A DNA stretch of 64,000 nucleotides. Origin: an uncultured Rikenellaceae bacterium (GTDB taxonomy: Bacteria; Bacteroidota; Bacteroidia; Bacteroidales; VadinHA17). The DNA lies in contig CAWFSO010000004.1 in assembly GCA_963818525.1 (NCBI GenBank), positions 49,624-113,623 on the forward strand, written 5' to 3'. Below are positions 10,399 to 19,654 of this stretch, in pieces. The translations under genes and the position numbers were made by a program. The notes under the pieces are model-generated. The model was not told the DNA's origin, searched no databases, and worked only from the letters and a program-made list of their open reading frames with translations. Every line of letters starts with the position of its first letter. Positions within the stretch are counted from its first letter, which is position 1.

Positions 10399-13300
10399 CT
10401 ATCTCTTCAGAATTAAGAATCCGCTGATGTTGGCCGTGTATTCGGGTACACTCATATCCTGTGCTCCCCTGATGGTGAGCAGGAAATAATAGGTGCCTTC
10501 CGGAACCTCGTTTCCGTTAAGGTCCAGGCCGGTCCATGCATTGATGGGGTCATCGCTCCTGTAATCTTCAGTCTTGTAGACAACTGCTCCGCCGGTATTT
10601 ATTATAACCAGCTCATTGAAGGTATACTCAAGGCCCTCGATGTTGAAGTAGTCATTTATGTTGTCACCGTTCGGGGTTAATCCCTGCGGAATGATCAGCT
10701 CAGGCACTGTCAGCGTCACCAGTACCTCTGCAGCAACACATTTGCCGTTGGTAACCGAAAAGATAAATGTGTTGTCACCGAACCCAAGCTTACGGACCTC
10801 GGTTACCTTTTCTCCGGGAGTCGTAAACTCCGGGTCTCCCTCCCCTGTGTTAAAGTCATAACTCCATGCTGCCGTGCCCGCACCGTCGAAGCTACCCTCA
10901 AGAAGGGCCGCAAACTGGTATGGGAGCAGTTCTCTGTCAGGACCTGCACTGATGTTCTGAGGCATGATGTCAACCGTCACCGTCACCGGAGCAGAGACGG
11001 ATGTGCAGCAGTCATTCTCCCCTGAAAAGACCTGTCGTCTGAACTGTGTGGTGCCGTCAAGAAGTGAAGGCTGGTAGCTTGCCGTGTTATTTGCTCCTGC
11101 TGCACTGGACCAGCCGGGGGCAGAGGCGGCCTTGCTCTCCCACAGGTAACGGAACTTGCCATCGCCACCGCCGGGAACGTTTCCTGACAGTGCCGCAGGC
11201 ACCACGGTATTGCATACCGTCTGGTCAGCCGCAACGGTGTTGCCGGTGATCAGGGGCAGAACGGTGATTTTGAAGACCGAGTTCTCAGAGCAGACCCCGG
11301 ATGTTACTGTTCTGCGGAACCATGTGGTGGCGGTAAGGCTTCCTGGCTGGTATGCCTGTGTTGTTGCGGTGAGACCGGTGAAGTTCACATTGTCAGTAGA
11401 GGAAGCCCACGCATAGGTAAAGGTGCCGAGCCCTCCGCCTGGCGTTCCTGACAGCAGTGCAGGAGTGGTCCCTGTGCATATGGTATCGTGACCCTGTGCA
11501 GGCATGCCGATGTCAAACCCCGTTATCCGCGGATTGACGGTAATTCTTATATCATTGCTGATACTGGTGCAGGCCGAGGAGGTGACAACGCGCCTGTACC
11601 ATGTGGTGGCCGTCAGCGCTGTGCCAGGCAGATCCTCGGTTGTGGCCCCGGAGATGTTCGTAAACACTGTACCGTTGGGGCTGTTCATCCACTGGTATAC
11701 ATAGGTGCCTGTCCCGGCGCCGTTGGCAGGGAGAGTGCCGTCAAGGGTGGCGGGAGCAGTGCCCTCACAGATGGTCTGATCAGCAGAAATGGTATTGTTG
11801 GTGATTGAAGGATGAGAGACAAGCGTGACTGAATTACTTGCCGACTGGCAGGTGTTGTTCGGTCCGCTGTAGACCATACGCCTGTAATAAGTTGTTCCGG
11901 GCGAATCATCCTGGGGATCATAGCCTGGTCCGGCAGAAGGGACGGCAGCAGGCAAAAAGTTAACGTTGTCAGTGCTGCTCATCCACTGGTAAGTGTATGA
12001 GGGTGATGCTCCGCCACCGGGTGTGGTACCGGTGAGATTGCTGAAGAGAGTCCCCTGGCAGATGGTCTGGTCAGTCGCCACGGTGTTGCCGGTGATGGAT
12101 GGGAGAATGGTGATTGTGACCGGTGTGCTGACATCGGTGCAGGCGCCTGAACTGACAACCCTGTGATAGTATGCCGTGGCCGTCAGAGCCAGCGGGTCAT
12201 ACTTCGGATTTGTATTCGCTCCGGCAGCGTTGCTCCACGTAAGGTTATCCGGACTCTGCTCCCATGAGTAATGGAAGATACCGGTTCCTCCTGCCGGCCC
12301 GGCATTGAGCTGGTAGAGTGCATGAGGATTCTGGTTATAACAGAGGGTTGTGTCTGCTCCTACGAGGTTGCCGGTTATGCGCGGATGCACAATAATCCTC
12401 AAAGCTTTGCTGATATCAATTATTCCGGCGCCGTCATTGACCACCCTGCGGAACCAGAGGGAGACGGACTCAGGTGATGCAGGCGTATAATCGATGCTGG
12501 TACCAGGGACATTAGACCATGTGCTGTTATCATAGCTTTTCTGCCACTGGTAGGTATAGGTTCCGCTGCCTCCTGCCGGTTTTGTGCCTGTAAGCTTCGG
12601 AGGTATCATCCCCTCGCAGATCGAGTCAAGCATCGTCAGGTTGTGTGAGACATATATCTCATTGAACAGGAATCCGTTAAGGGGAAGGTTCAGGTTATTG
12701 CGTATGGTTCCCGCCAACCCGTCCTTATTGGGATCGCCTGCGCTGTGTATCCCTCCCTGGCCCCCTGCCACCGTTGCCGTTCCCGGGAAAGCTCCGGCAG
12801 TCCATATGAGACCACCGCCGCCGCCGCCGCCGGCACCGTTCTGGTTAATGTTGTCGCCACCCTTACCACCGTCGGCATTAATAACGGGACTGGTTGCAAA
12901 ATGTCTTGTACTGACTGCCACGGAGCCGCCTGCACCGCCGCCCGCAGCGCCGCTGCTGGCAGCTGTGTTGTTGCTGCCGTCTCCGCCCCTTGCGGTAATC
13001 AGCCGCCCGTTTCCAATTATGGTGTCAGCGTGTATTATTATTATTCCCCCTCCTTTTCCCCCGATTGAGGTAGAGGGTGTGGTTAACCAGACTGAAGCTC
13101 CCCCGCCGCCGCCTAAAAACATACCATTGTTTAACGTAGGATAGGTGGTCACGGAAAAGCCTCCGCGTCCTCCCGGCAGCAAGCCGCCGCAGATATCCGG
13201 AGCTGTTTCATTGTCTCCCACGCTGCCGGCTCCATAGTTCGACCCGCCGCCGCCGCCTGAGAAATGTCCGTTACCGCCGCCGCCGCCCGTCATATTCGCT

Positions 13301-14010
13301 CCCTTGCCTTTCATGAAATCAGGGTAAAGAGAGATATCAGCCGCGGTCCTGAAACCAATGCCTTCCCCCTTGTATCCTGCAGCCCGCGACGAGATCCGGT
13401 AAGATTCGTAGGTCATGGTATCGTCAGATCTCTGGCAGTTACCGTTACCCTGGGAAGCAATCCCGCCGTTAAATCCCTTACCGGCGACGTTTATGTCAGC
13501 ATTGAGGGTCAGGACACCCTTGACAAGGAAAGCAATCACCCCTCCTCTCACCGATGCTGAGTCCCATGCCTGGCAGGTAAGCTCCGTGTTGACCACCGCA
13601 TTCCTGTATGACCTTACCTTTATCAGCTGAACCTTGGCCGCCGCACTGTAAGCATTCAGAAGGAGACGGCTGAAGGAGACGGTTCTGCTAACGGTATTTA
13701 TTGATGATATAATTACAATTTCATATTTTCCGGGAGTGCCTTCGACATTCTGATAGTTACCCTGCAAGGTTTGTCCGGCATTGATCCTGACGCCGTTCAT
13801 CTGCATCACCATGACGGTATCATCAACGGCAAAATCAGAGACGTTGTCAACTATTACAAAGTCTGCTCCTACGGAGGTTACCCTGGCATACCTGTTTATT
13901 TCCCCGGTTACAAGAGATGTCTGTGCTGACAGAAAGGCGCCCCCGCCGGTTATCATAAACAGAAGAACTGCAAGATAACACCTGGCTATTTCAGACAATC
14001 TTTGGGGCAT
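10399..14010 (-). CDS. Giant cell-surface adhesin with a T9SS type-B (gliding-motility-associated) C-terminal sorting domain
   Basis: 1203 aa with a signal peptide. It contains a Gly-rich block (GGGGGNGHFSGGGGGSNYG, GGKGGGIIIIHAD, NGAGGGGGGGLIW). Six ~90-aa repeats carry C..G......L.G..P.GG.G.Y.YQW..S.D. The C-terminus reads IPQGLTPNGDNINDYFNIEGL...EGTYYFLL. Confidence 0.85.
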   Translation of the reverse strand: MPQRLSEIARCYLAVLLFMITGGGAFLSAQTSLVTGEINRYARVTSVGADFVIVDNVSDFAVDDTVMVMQMNGVRINAGQTLQGNYQNVEGTPGKYEIVIISSINTVSRTVSFSRLLLNAYSAAAKVQLIKVRSYRNAVVNTELTCQAWDSASVRGGVIAFLVKGVLTLNADINVAGKGFNGGIASQGNGNCQRSDDTMTYESYRISSRAAGYKGEGIGFRTAADISLYPDFMKGKGANMTGGGGGNGHFSGGGGGSNYGAGSVGDNETAPDICGGLLPGGRGGFSVTTYPTLNNGMFLGGGGGASVWLTTPSTSIGGKGGGIIIIHADTIIGNGRLITARGGDGSNNTAASSGAAGGGAGGSVAVSTRHFATSPVINADGGKGGDNINQNGAGGGGGGGLIWTAGAFPGTATVAGGQGGIHSAGDPNKDGLAGTIRNNLNLPLNGFLFNEIYVSHNLTMLDSICEGMIPPKLTGTKPAGGSGTYTYQWQKSYDNSTWSNVPGTSIDYTPASPESVSLWFRRVVNDGAGIIDISKALRIIVHPRITGNLVGADTTLCYNQNPHALYQLNAGPAGGTGIFHYSWEQSPDNLTWSNAAGANTNPKYDPLALTATAYYHRVVSSGACTDVSTPVTITILPSITGNTVATDQTICQGTLFSNLTGTTPGGGASPSYTYQWMSSTDNVNFLPAAVPSAGPGYDPQDDSPGTTYYRRMVYSGPNNTCQSASNSVTLVSHPSITNNTISADQTICEGTAPATLDGTLPANGAGTGTYVYQWMNSPNGTVFTNISGATTEDLPGTALTATTWYRRVVTSSACTSISNDIRITVNPRITGFDIGMPAQGHDTICTGTTPALLSGTPGGGLGTFTYAWASSTDNVNFTGLTATTQAYQPGSLTATTWFRRTVTSGVCSENSVFKITVLPLITGNTVAADQTVCNTVVPAALSGNVPGGGDGKFRYLWESKAASAPGWSSAAGANNTASYQPSLLDGTTQFRRQVFSGENDCCTSVSAPVTVTVDIMPQNISAGPDRELLPYQFAALLEGSFDGAGTAAWSYDFNTGEGDPEFTTPGEKVTEVRKLGFGDNTFIFSVTNGKCVAAEVLVTLTVPELIIPQGLTPNGDNINDYFNIEGLEYTFNELVIINTGGAVVYKTEDYRSDDPINAWTGLDLNGNEVPEGTYYFLLTIRGAQDMSVPEYTANISGFLILKR

Positions 14011-14068
14011 TTTAAGAGTCGTGGTTTGCTAATATATATTGTAATAACTGAAAATCTGCCGGATTATT

Positions 14069-17000
14069 TTAGGTACTCTTGCTGCTGTTGCGTTCAACGG
14101 TGTAGAGAAGTGGAAGTTCAACCGTAAAGGTGGTTCCGCTATCATGCTCAGTATCAAATGATATCGTCCCGCCGGCAGTCTCCACATAACGCTTGACAAT
14201 TGAGAGTCCAAGCCCCATTCCTGACGATTTTGTGGTAAAATTAGGTGTGAACATCTTCGGGATCAGTTCATCGCGGATACCGGTTCCGTTGTCAATGAAC
14301 TTTATCTTTACCCTGTCAATGGTTTCCGTAACAACAATCCTTATCTCTCCCTTTCTGTCGGAAGGGATAGCCTGCATGGCGTTCTTGAGGAGATTGGAGA
14401 ATATTCCGTTAAGATGTTCCCTGTCAGCCATCACAATGGCCTTGCTGATGTTGCCGGTCTCAAGGGTTATAGTTGCATGCTCGGTGTTGCCGAACATGCC
14501 AAGGGTGGTCCTTAGCTGTGCAAGCACATCAATTTCGGCAGGCTCGGGCCCGGGCAGCCTCGCGAAATAGGAGAAGGCTGAAGCAATGTTTGACAGGTTG
14601 TCAATATATTCGATCTGGTTATCAGTGAAGCTCCTCAGTTTAGCGTCAAAATCAGGCACCTTGTCGTTCCACCATTTGAACAGCTGCTGTACGTTAAGCT
14701 TCATCGGTGTAAGCGGATTCTTAATCTCGTGGGCGATCTGCCTGGCCATCTCACGCCATGCCATCTCCCGCTCGGTGCGGGCCAGCTTGCTGGCGCTCTC
14801 CTCAAGCTCGTCAGTCATGCGGTTATACTGTCTGACCAGCTCACCCACCTCATCGCGGCTGCTGTATGTGATGTGCTCGTTCTTCTTCCCGTATACCACT
14901 GAGCTCATCGCCTGCTGAAGCATGTAAAGGGGAGAGGTTATCCTCTCACTCAGGAAGACCGCAACCCACATCATCACCACCAGGAATAGCAGCGTGAAAT
15001 TAATAAGTGTCACCACAAGATTGGAGACCTCCCTGGTGAGCAGATTCTGCATCTCAAAATATGGCACATTGAGATAGGCCAGCAGCTCATTCTCTTCATT
15101 GTAGAAGGGGAGGTATGCCGAAAGATAACCAAGTCCGCCAATGGTCTCCTCACCAATATATTCCTCCTTTCCTGCTACTGTAAGCACACCATAGGCGACA
15201 GGATCCATCATGCTGCCTTCGAGACTCCTGGCAAAGACCTCGGGACGTGATGTGGCCAGCAACCTTCCGGAGGGAGAATAAAGATTTATATCAGTGAAAA
15301 ACACATTTGAGAACTTCACAAGCAGATGGTTCAGTGTAGGATAATCCGCCGCCTGCCACCCGTCTTCGAGCGTCTCCTCGGATGAGAGCTTGTGTTCCAG
15401 CTCGATGGAAAGCGAGGTGGCTTTTTCACGTAATACCCTTGTGTGATTGGTTCTGAACTGCCTTGTGCTCAGCATCAGGGCTCCCGCAATGATAATTATG
15501 AACACAACCGACAGAACGGCTGCAAATGACAGCTGGAGCCTTCTCCGGAAGGTATTGAAGTTCAGCAGCTCTGCAGGATGCCGGGTAAAGATGATCAGCA
15601 CAGCAAACGAATAGAGCAGTATTACTATGAAAAGATAGGCAAACGTGATGACCCTCTCCATCAGTGTTACTGATGCGGTGGTCAGGGCAAGGGTCATCTC
15701 TCCGCGATTATAATAGAGGTGCTTGTACCCGTTGGTTCTTGCAAATCTGTACTCATCACCCCCCTCCTGCTCCGGGGTGAACTGGTTATCATAGGGATAA
15801 TCGCCTGACCTCAGCATCAGTATCCCGCCGGAGTATTTTGCATATGAGATATCCTTGAGCTTCGGAAAGCGCTGGTGCGTACCGTCCAGCAATAGCTCGG
15901 GATACCCCGAGAGATATGTTTCAATATGACTCACCAGCTCAATAAACAGCCCGTTGGTGACCTGGGGAGATACTTCATAAAAAATCCTTGAGAAATACCA
16001 GGCACGGCCCGTCTGGTTATTCATGAACCAGAAACCGGTACCGGTAATGGTGTCACCCTCAGTCTTAACCCTGTTGTCAAACCAGGCGAAGCAATTCTCG
16101 GCCGATGATCCCGTTGAAGCAAGGGCCAGGGGTGAATCACTGCTGCATATAACAATGTTGAGATCATAGTTCTCCCAGTAGCCGTTGAAATAGTTATCCT
16201 CCAGGTACCTGAAGACCATGTTGGTCTCAGCTGGAGAGATCCTTTCCCTGCTGATAATTCCTGAAAGGAGGGTGTCATTTTGCAGTTTTGGCCACATGTC
16301 AATAAGCATCCCTTCAGCTACCATATCATTGTCATTTGCCAGGGATATTGCCATGACCTTCATGTGCCTGTCCTCCTTGACATCGGAAAATCTCAATACC
16401 AGTGCCGTGGCAAAGATCCCTGTCAGTATCGAGAACAGGATTATCAGTGACACCTCCGAATAAGATCTCCTCTGCCACAGGATAACCGCCAGAAAGAGCA
16501 GCAGCACGTAAAGGATGCCCCATCCGGTGCATCCTGTACCTGGCATGCATGCCACCGGCAGCACCAGCGCCGCCAGTGCGGCCACTGCGAGGTTCGTCTT
16601 TAGCGGCCACTCCTTCATCATCCTTCCGGCCTTCAGGAACAGTATCATCGGTACCGTCAGCAGCAGCATGACAGCGATGAAACCGGCGAGGCTCATAAAA
16701 CTCATATCGAGGATCTTGAATGCCTCAAAGCTGATTGCCGAATTGAGCACCAGGTCTTTGAATAATGCCTCACCGGTGACGAAGAAAATAAATCCTGCAG
16801 CAATCATTGAGGCCGGCGCAGCAAGCCTCCTGAATCCCTGTCCGTTCCACGGCGAGTTGAATGATCCGCTCCTGAAAAGGAGTTTCAGTCCTGAGACAAT
16901 CAGGAGCCCAAGCAGCATCGCATGCCCCACCGACGGTATCAGGGGGCCTGCTGACCACAGGAACGGTGAAAAAAGCTCTGTAGACCTCACTGATGGCGGC

Positions 17001-17794
17001 ACACCTGTCAGCAGGACAACCGCATAAATGAGAATAAGCGCAACAAATGCCAGCAGAATGGAAAGGGCTTCGCTGACCTTCCGGCCAAAGTGCCCTGTGC
17101 CAAGAACCACCAGTCTGACAAGCAGGAACAGAAAGATAAACCAGAGGAGAACAGGTATTATTATGAAGACCGTGTTGGGCTTTTTCTCAGGAAAAACCAG
17201 TCCGAAGTGATATTCATCTTCTGACCCCATGACCCGGAATTCCGAGGCAGCCTCATCAAAAGTGATCCGCGTTAAGGCAGGCAGCCAGTATGGCTCTGTA
17301 AAGCCAGTTCTGAGAAGGTTGTTGACGATGGGATACTGCCTGTAGACCTTTATCAGTGCCAGCATTTCATACTGACCTGACTCCCTGTGCACCGGGATAA
17401 ACCATTTGTTGCTGAAAAAGATCGGTTTATGAGTGTCAAAACGGTCTTCATAAGTAACAGGAAAGTCAATGCTGTTAGTTGACCAGTAGGCAATCTTCCC
17501 CTGGTCATAAATAAGGATTGTAATACCCTCCTCCTCAGCGTTGCTGCCGGTGCTGTTGCGGAACATGACTGAGGGGTCACCAGCCTCCTCAACCTGCTTC
17601 ACGACTTCATCAAGCAGAAGAGCCGCGCCCTTTTCCTGGTCAGAAAGCATGGCATCAAGACGTGATGTCCTGAACCGCCACTCCAGGTCACTGAAATAAA
17701 TCTTGTCGGCCACGATGGCCAGAGCGGCAACGATAAGCAGGGTTACGATTACGACCCTGAGATTCTTCAGTCTTCCCGGCATAATATCATTCAT
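14069..17794 (-). CDS. Large polytopic sensor histidine kinase (orphan)
   Basis: 1241 aa with many predicted TM helices in the N-terminal ~750 aa. It has a HAMP-like linker, the H-box AHEIKNPLTPM, the N-box NLLKNAMQA, G1 DNGTGI and G2 GMGLGLSIVK. No response regulator gene is adjacent. Confidence 0.85.
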   Translation of the reverse strand: MNDIMPGRLKNLRVVIVTLLIVAALAIVADKIYFSDLEWRFRTSRLDAMLSDQEKGAALLLDEVVKQVEEAGDPSVMFRNSTGSNAEEEGITILIYDQGKIAYWSTNSIDFPVTYEDRFDTHKPIFFSNKWFIPVHRESGQYEMLALIKVYRQYPIVNNLLRTGFTEPYWLPALTRITFDEAASEFRVMGSEDEYHFGLVFPEKKPNTVFIIIPVLLWFIFLFLLVRLVVLGTGHFGRKVSEALSILLAFVALILIYAVVLLTGVPPSVRSTELFSPFLWSAGPLIPSVGHAMLLGLLIVSGLKLLFRSGSFNSPWNGQGFRRLAAPASMIAAGFIFFVTGEALFKDLVLNSAISFEAFKILDMSFMSLAGFIAVMLLLTVPMILFLKAGRMMKEWPLKTNLAVAALAALVLPVACMPGTGCTGWGILYVLLLFLAVILWQRRSYSEVSLIILFSILTGIFATALVLRFSDVKEDRHMKVMAISLANDNDMVAEGMLIDMWPKLQNDTLLSGIISRERISPAETNMVFRYLEDNYFNGYWENYDLNIVICSSDSPLALASTGSSAENCFAWFDNRVKTEGDTITGTGFWFMNNQTGRAWYFSRIFYEVSPQVTNGLFIELVSHIETYLSGYPELLLDGTHQRFPKLKDISYAKYSGGILMLRSGDYPYDNQFTPEQEGGDEYRFARTNGYKHLYYNRGEMTLALTTASVTLMERVITFAYLFIVILLYSFAVLIIFTRHPAELLNFNTFRRRLQLSFAAVLSVVFIIIIAGALMLSTRQFRTNHTRVLREKATSLSIELEHKLSSEETLEDGWQAADYPTLNHLLVKFSNVFFTDINLYSPSGRLLATSRPEVFARSLEGSMMDPVAYGVLTVAGKEEYIGEETIGGLGYLSAYLPFYNEENELLAYLNVPYFEMQNLLTREVSNLVVTLINFTLLFLVVMMWVAVFLSERITSPLYMLQQAMSSVVYGKKNEHITYSSRDEVGELVRQYNRMTDELEESASKLARTEREMAWREMARQIAHEIKNPLTPMKLNVQQLFKWWNDKVPDFDAKLRSFTDNQIEYIDNLSNIASAFSYFARLPGPEPAEIDVLAQLRTTLGMFGNTEHATITLETGNISKAIVMADREHLNGIFSNLLKNAMQAIPSDRKGEIRIVVTETIDRVKIKFIDNGTGIRDELIPKMFTPNFTTKSSGMGLGLSIVKRYVETAGGTISFDTEHDSGTTFTVELPLLYTVERNSSKST

Positions 17795-18260
17795 GATGAT
17801 ACGGGTCGCCGGCTATAACCGACAATACCCTGTAAATCTGTTCTGCGAACAATAATCGTACCACCTGGTGTGAAAAGGTGAGCTTGGAGAGGGAAACAAT
17901 ATGATCTGCCCTGGTCCGGACAGAAGGGTCAAAACCCCATGGTCCGCCTACGACAAACACTATTCGTTTTTTTGGTAATGACATCGTTGTGCGCAACCAG
18001 GAGGCCATCTCCACCGTCGAGTAACTCCTGCCCTGCTCATCAAGCAGAACCACATGGTCATCACTCTTAATGACCGATAGCATCTTCTCCGCCTCCTTAG
18101 CCATCACCTTTTCTGCATATCTGTTGCCGGGGTTTTTGACGTCAGGAAGGGTGATGATCTCAAAGCGGGCATATTTTGAAATTCTCTTTTCATATTCCGC
18201 TACGCCTTCCCTTATCCAGGCCTTGTCAGTCTTTCCTGTAAGCAGGAGAACCAGCTTCAT
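17787..18260 (-). CDS. rlmH: 23S rRNA (pseudouridine1915-N3)-methyltransferase RlmH
   Basis: SPOUT-family sequence (MKLVLLLTGKT...VFVVGGPWGFDPSV...LSLSKLTFSHQVVRLLFAEQIYR). I trimmed the ORF to the internal Met, which gives the typical ~157 aa length. Confidence 0.88.
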   Translation of the reverse strand: MKLVLLLTGKTDKAWIREGVAEYEKRISKYARFEIITLPDVKNPGNRYAEKVMAKEAEKMLSVIKSDDHVVLLDEQGRSYSTVEMASWLRTTMSLPKKRIVFVVGGPWGFDPSVRTRADHIVSLSKLTFSHQVVRLLFAEQIYRVLSVIAGDPYHHE

Positions 18261-18409
18261 TAATTCATCCCGGTTTGTTGAGTAAGGCAAATATAGCAAT
18301 TAAGGCCTTAAAACTCAGTTGCTGATGCGCAGAATTAAAAGTGGTTCGGTTTTTGATAATAATAGTTAAATTTGCTATGTCCTTAAATGTGTCGCATAAA
18401 GGAACTGAA

Positions 18410-18811
18410 ATGAGAAAGAAATTAACAGCGGCAGCCGGGGTACTCTTCATCATTGTATCCCTGCTTGCAGCACAGGAGGAGCCCAGGATACCTTCGGGTA
18501 TCACAATAGCCTTCCGTTCAGGAAGCGCTGCCGGGCTCTCCGAATACCTGAACAGCACCGTTGAGCTGGTTCTGCCTGACAAGGAGGACTTTTACAGCAA
18601 GAGTGTCGCCGAGACCATCCTGAAGGATTTCTTCAGCCGTCACCGCTCCCGTGAGTTCGTCATAAAACACCAGGGCGCCAAGGGTGACGCACAGTATGCC
18701 ATTGCCAGCCTTGAAACTGACAAGGGGCGCTTCCGCGTATACTTCCTGTTAAAGAAGGTCGATGGCAACCCGCTTATACACCAGATAAGGATAGAACCAG
18801 ATAATGAGTGA
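18410..18811 (+). CDS. Small secreted protein resembling the DUF4783 family often found next to nadC in Bacteroidota
   Basis: The ORF is trimmed to MRKKLTAAAGVLFIIVSLLAAQ (signal peptide). Its 3' end overlaps the nadC start. The family assignment is from memory of the sequence pattern only. Confidence 0.55.
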   Translation: MRKKLTAAAGVLFIIVSLLAAQEEPRIPSGITIAFRSGSAAGLSEYLNSTVELVLPDKEDFYSKSVAETILKDFFSRHRSREFVIKHQGAKGDAQYAIASLETDKGRFRVYFLLKKVDGNPLIHQIRIEPDNE

Positions 18812-19646
18812 TCCCGGCTTCCGGTCATTTATTCTTAATGCTCTCGCTGAAGATACTGGCAGCGGAGACCACAGCTCGATTGCATCAATCACTGCCTCAG
18901 TTAAAGGCCGTGCCAGGCTCCTTGTAAAAGAGAGCGGCATCATCGCCGGCCTGAGCGTTGCACGTGAAATATTCAGCATCACCGATCCTTCGCTTGAGAC
19001 AGTTCTCCTCCTGAAAGACGGCGATAGCGTCAAATACGGAGATATAGCTCTGACAGTTGCCGGCAGCGTGCATTCAATACTGAGAGCTGAGAGGCTGGTA
19101 CTCAATGTAATGCAGCGGATGAGCGGCATAGCCACTGCCACGGCAACATATGTAGAAAGAGTCAGCGGGACCAAAGCACGCATAACGGATACACGCAAGA
19201 CAACACCCGGGATGCGGGCCCTCGAGAAGGAAGCCGTGCGCCTGGGAGGAGGAGTCAACCACCGGATGGGACTCTATGACATGATCATGCTCAAGGATAA
19301 CCACATCGATTACGCAGGCGGGATAACGGCGGCGGTCAAACGTACGCAGGAGTATCTCATCAGGCAAAACCTGCCTCTCAGGATAGAGGTGGAATCACGC
19401 AATATAGATGAGGTAAGGGAGATACTGGCTGTGGGCGGGGTCGACCGCATCATGCTCGACAATTTTGACATTCCCTCCACCAGGGAGGCCGTTGAACTTA
19501 TCGGCGACAGGGCGGAGACGGAATCATCAGGCGGCATCACCCTGGCAAACGTGAGGGAGTATGCACTGTGCGGCGTCGACTATATATCAATCGGGGCTTT
19601 GACCCACCACATAAAAAGCCTTGACATGAGCCTGAAAGCATATTAA
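18804..19646 (+). CDS. nadC: Nicotinate-nucleotide pyrophosphorylase (quinolinate phosphoribosyltransferase)
   Basis: 280 aa with typical NadC blocks: ALAEDTGSGDHSS, RAERLVLNVMQRMSGIAT, DTRKTTPGMRALEKEAVRLGGGVNHR, LKDNHI and SSGGITLANVREYALCGVDYISIGALTH. Confidence 0.92.
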   Translation: MSDPGFRSFILNALAEDTGSGDHSSIASITASVKGRARLLVKESGIIAGLSVAREIFSITDPSLETVLLLKDGDSVKYGDIALTVAGSVHSILRAERLVLNVMQRMSGIATATATYVERVSGTKARITDTRKTTPGMRALEKEAVRLGGGVNHRMGLYDMIMLKDNHIDYAGGITAAVKRTQEYLIRQNLPLRIEVESRNIDEVREILAVGGVDRIMLDNFDIPSTREAVELIGDRAETESSGGITLANVREYALCGVDYISIGALTHHIKSLDMSLKAY

Positions 19647-19654
19647 TACCCTTT

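Noticed and set aside
12584-13144. A 186-aa proline-rich ORF on the plus strand (…PPPPPPPAPF…PPAPPPAAPLL…).
   Set aside because: It is the antisense image of the glycine-rich (GGN codon) block of the minus-strand adhesin gene. It has no independent start context and is fully nested in a well-supported CDS.
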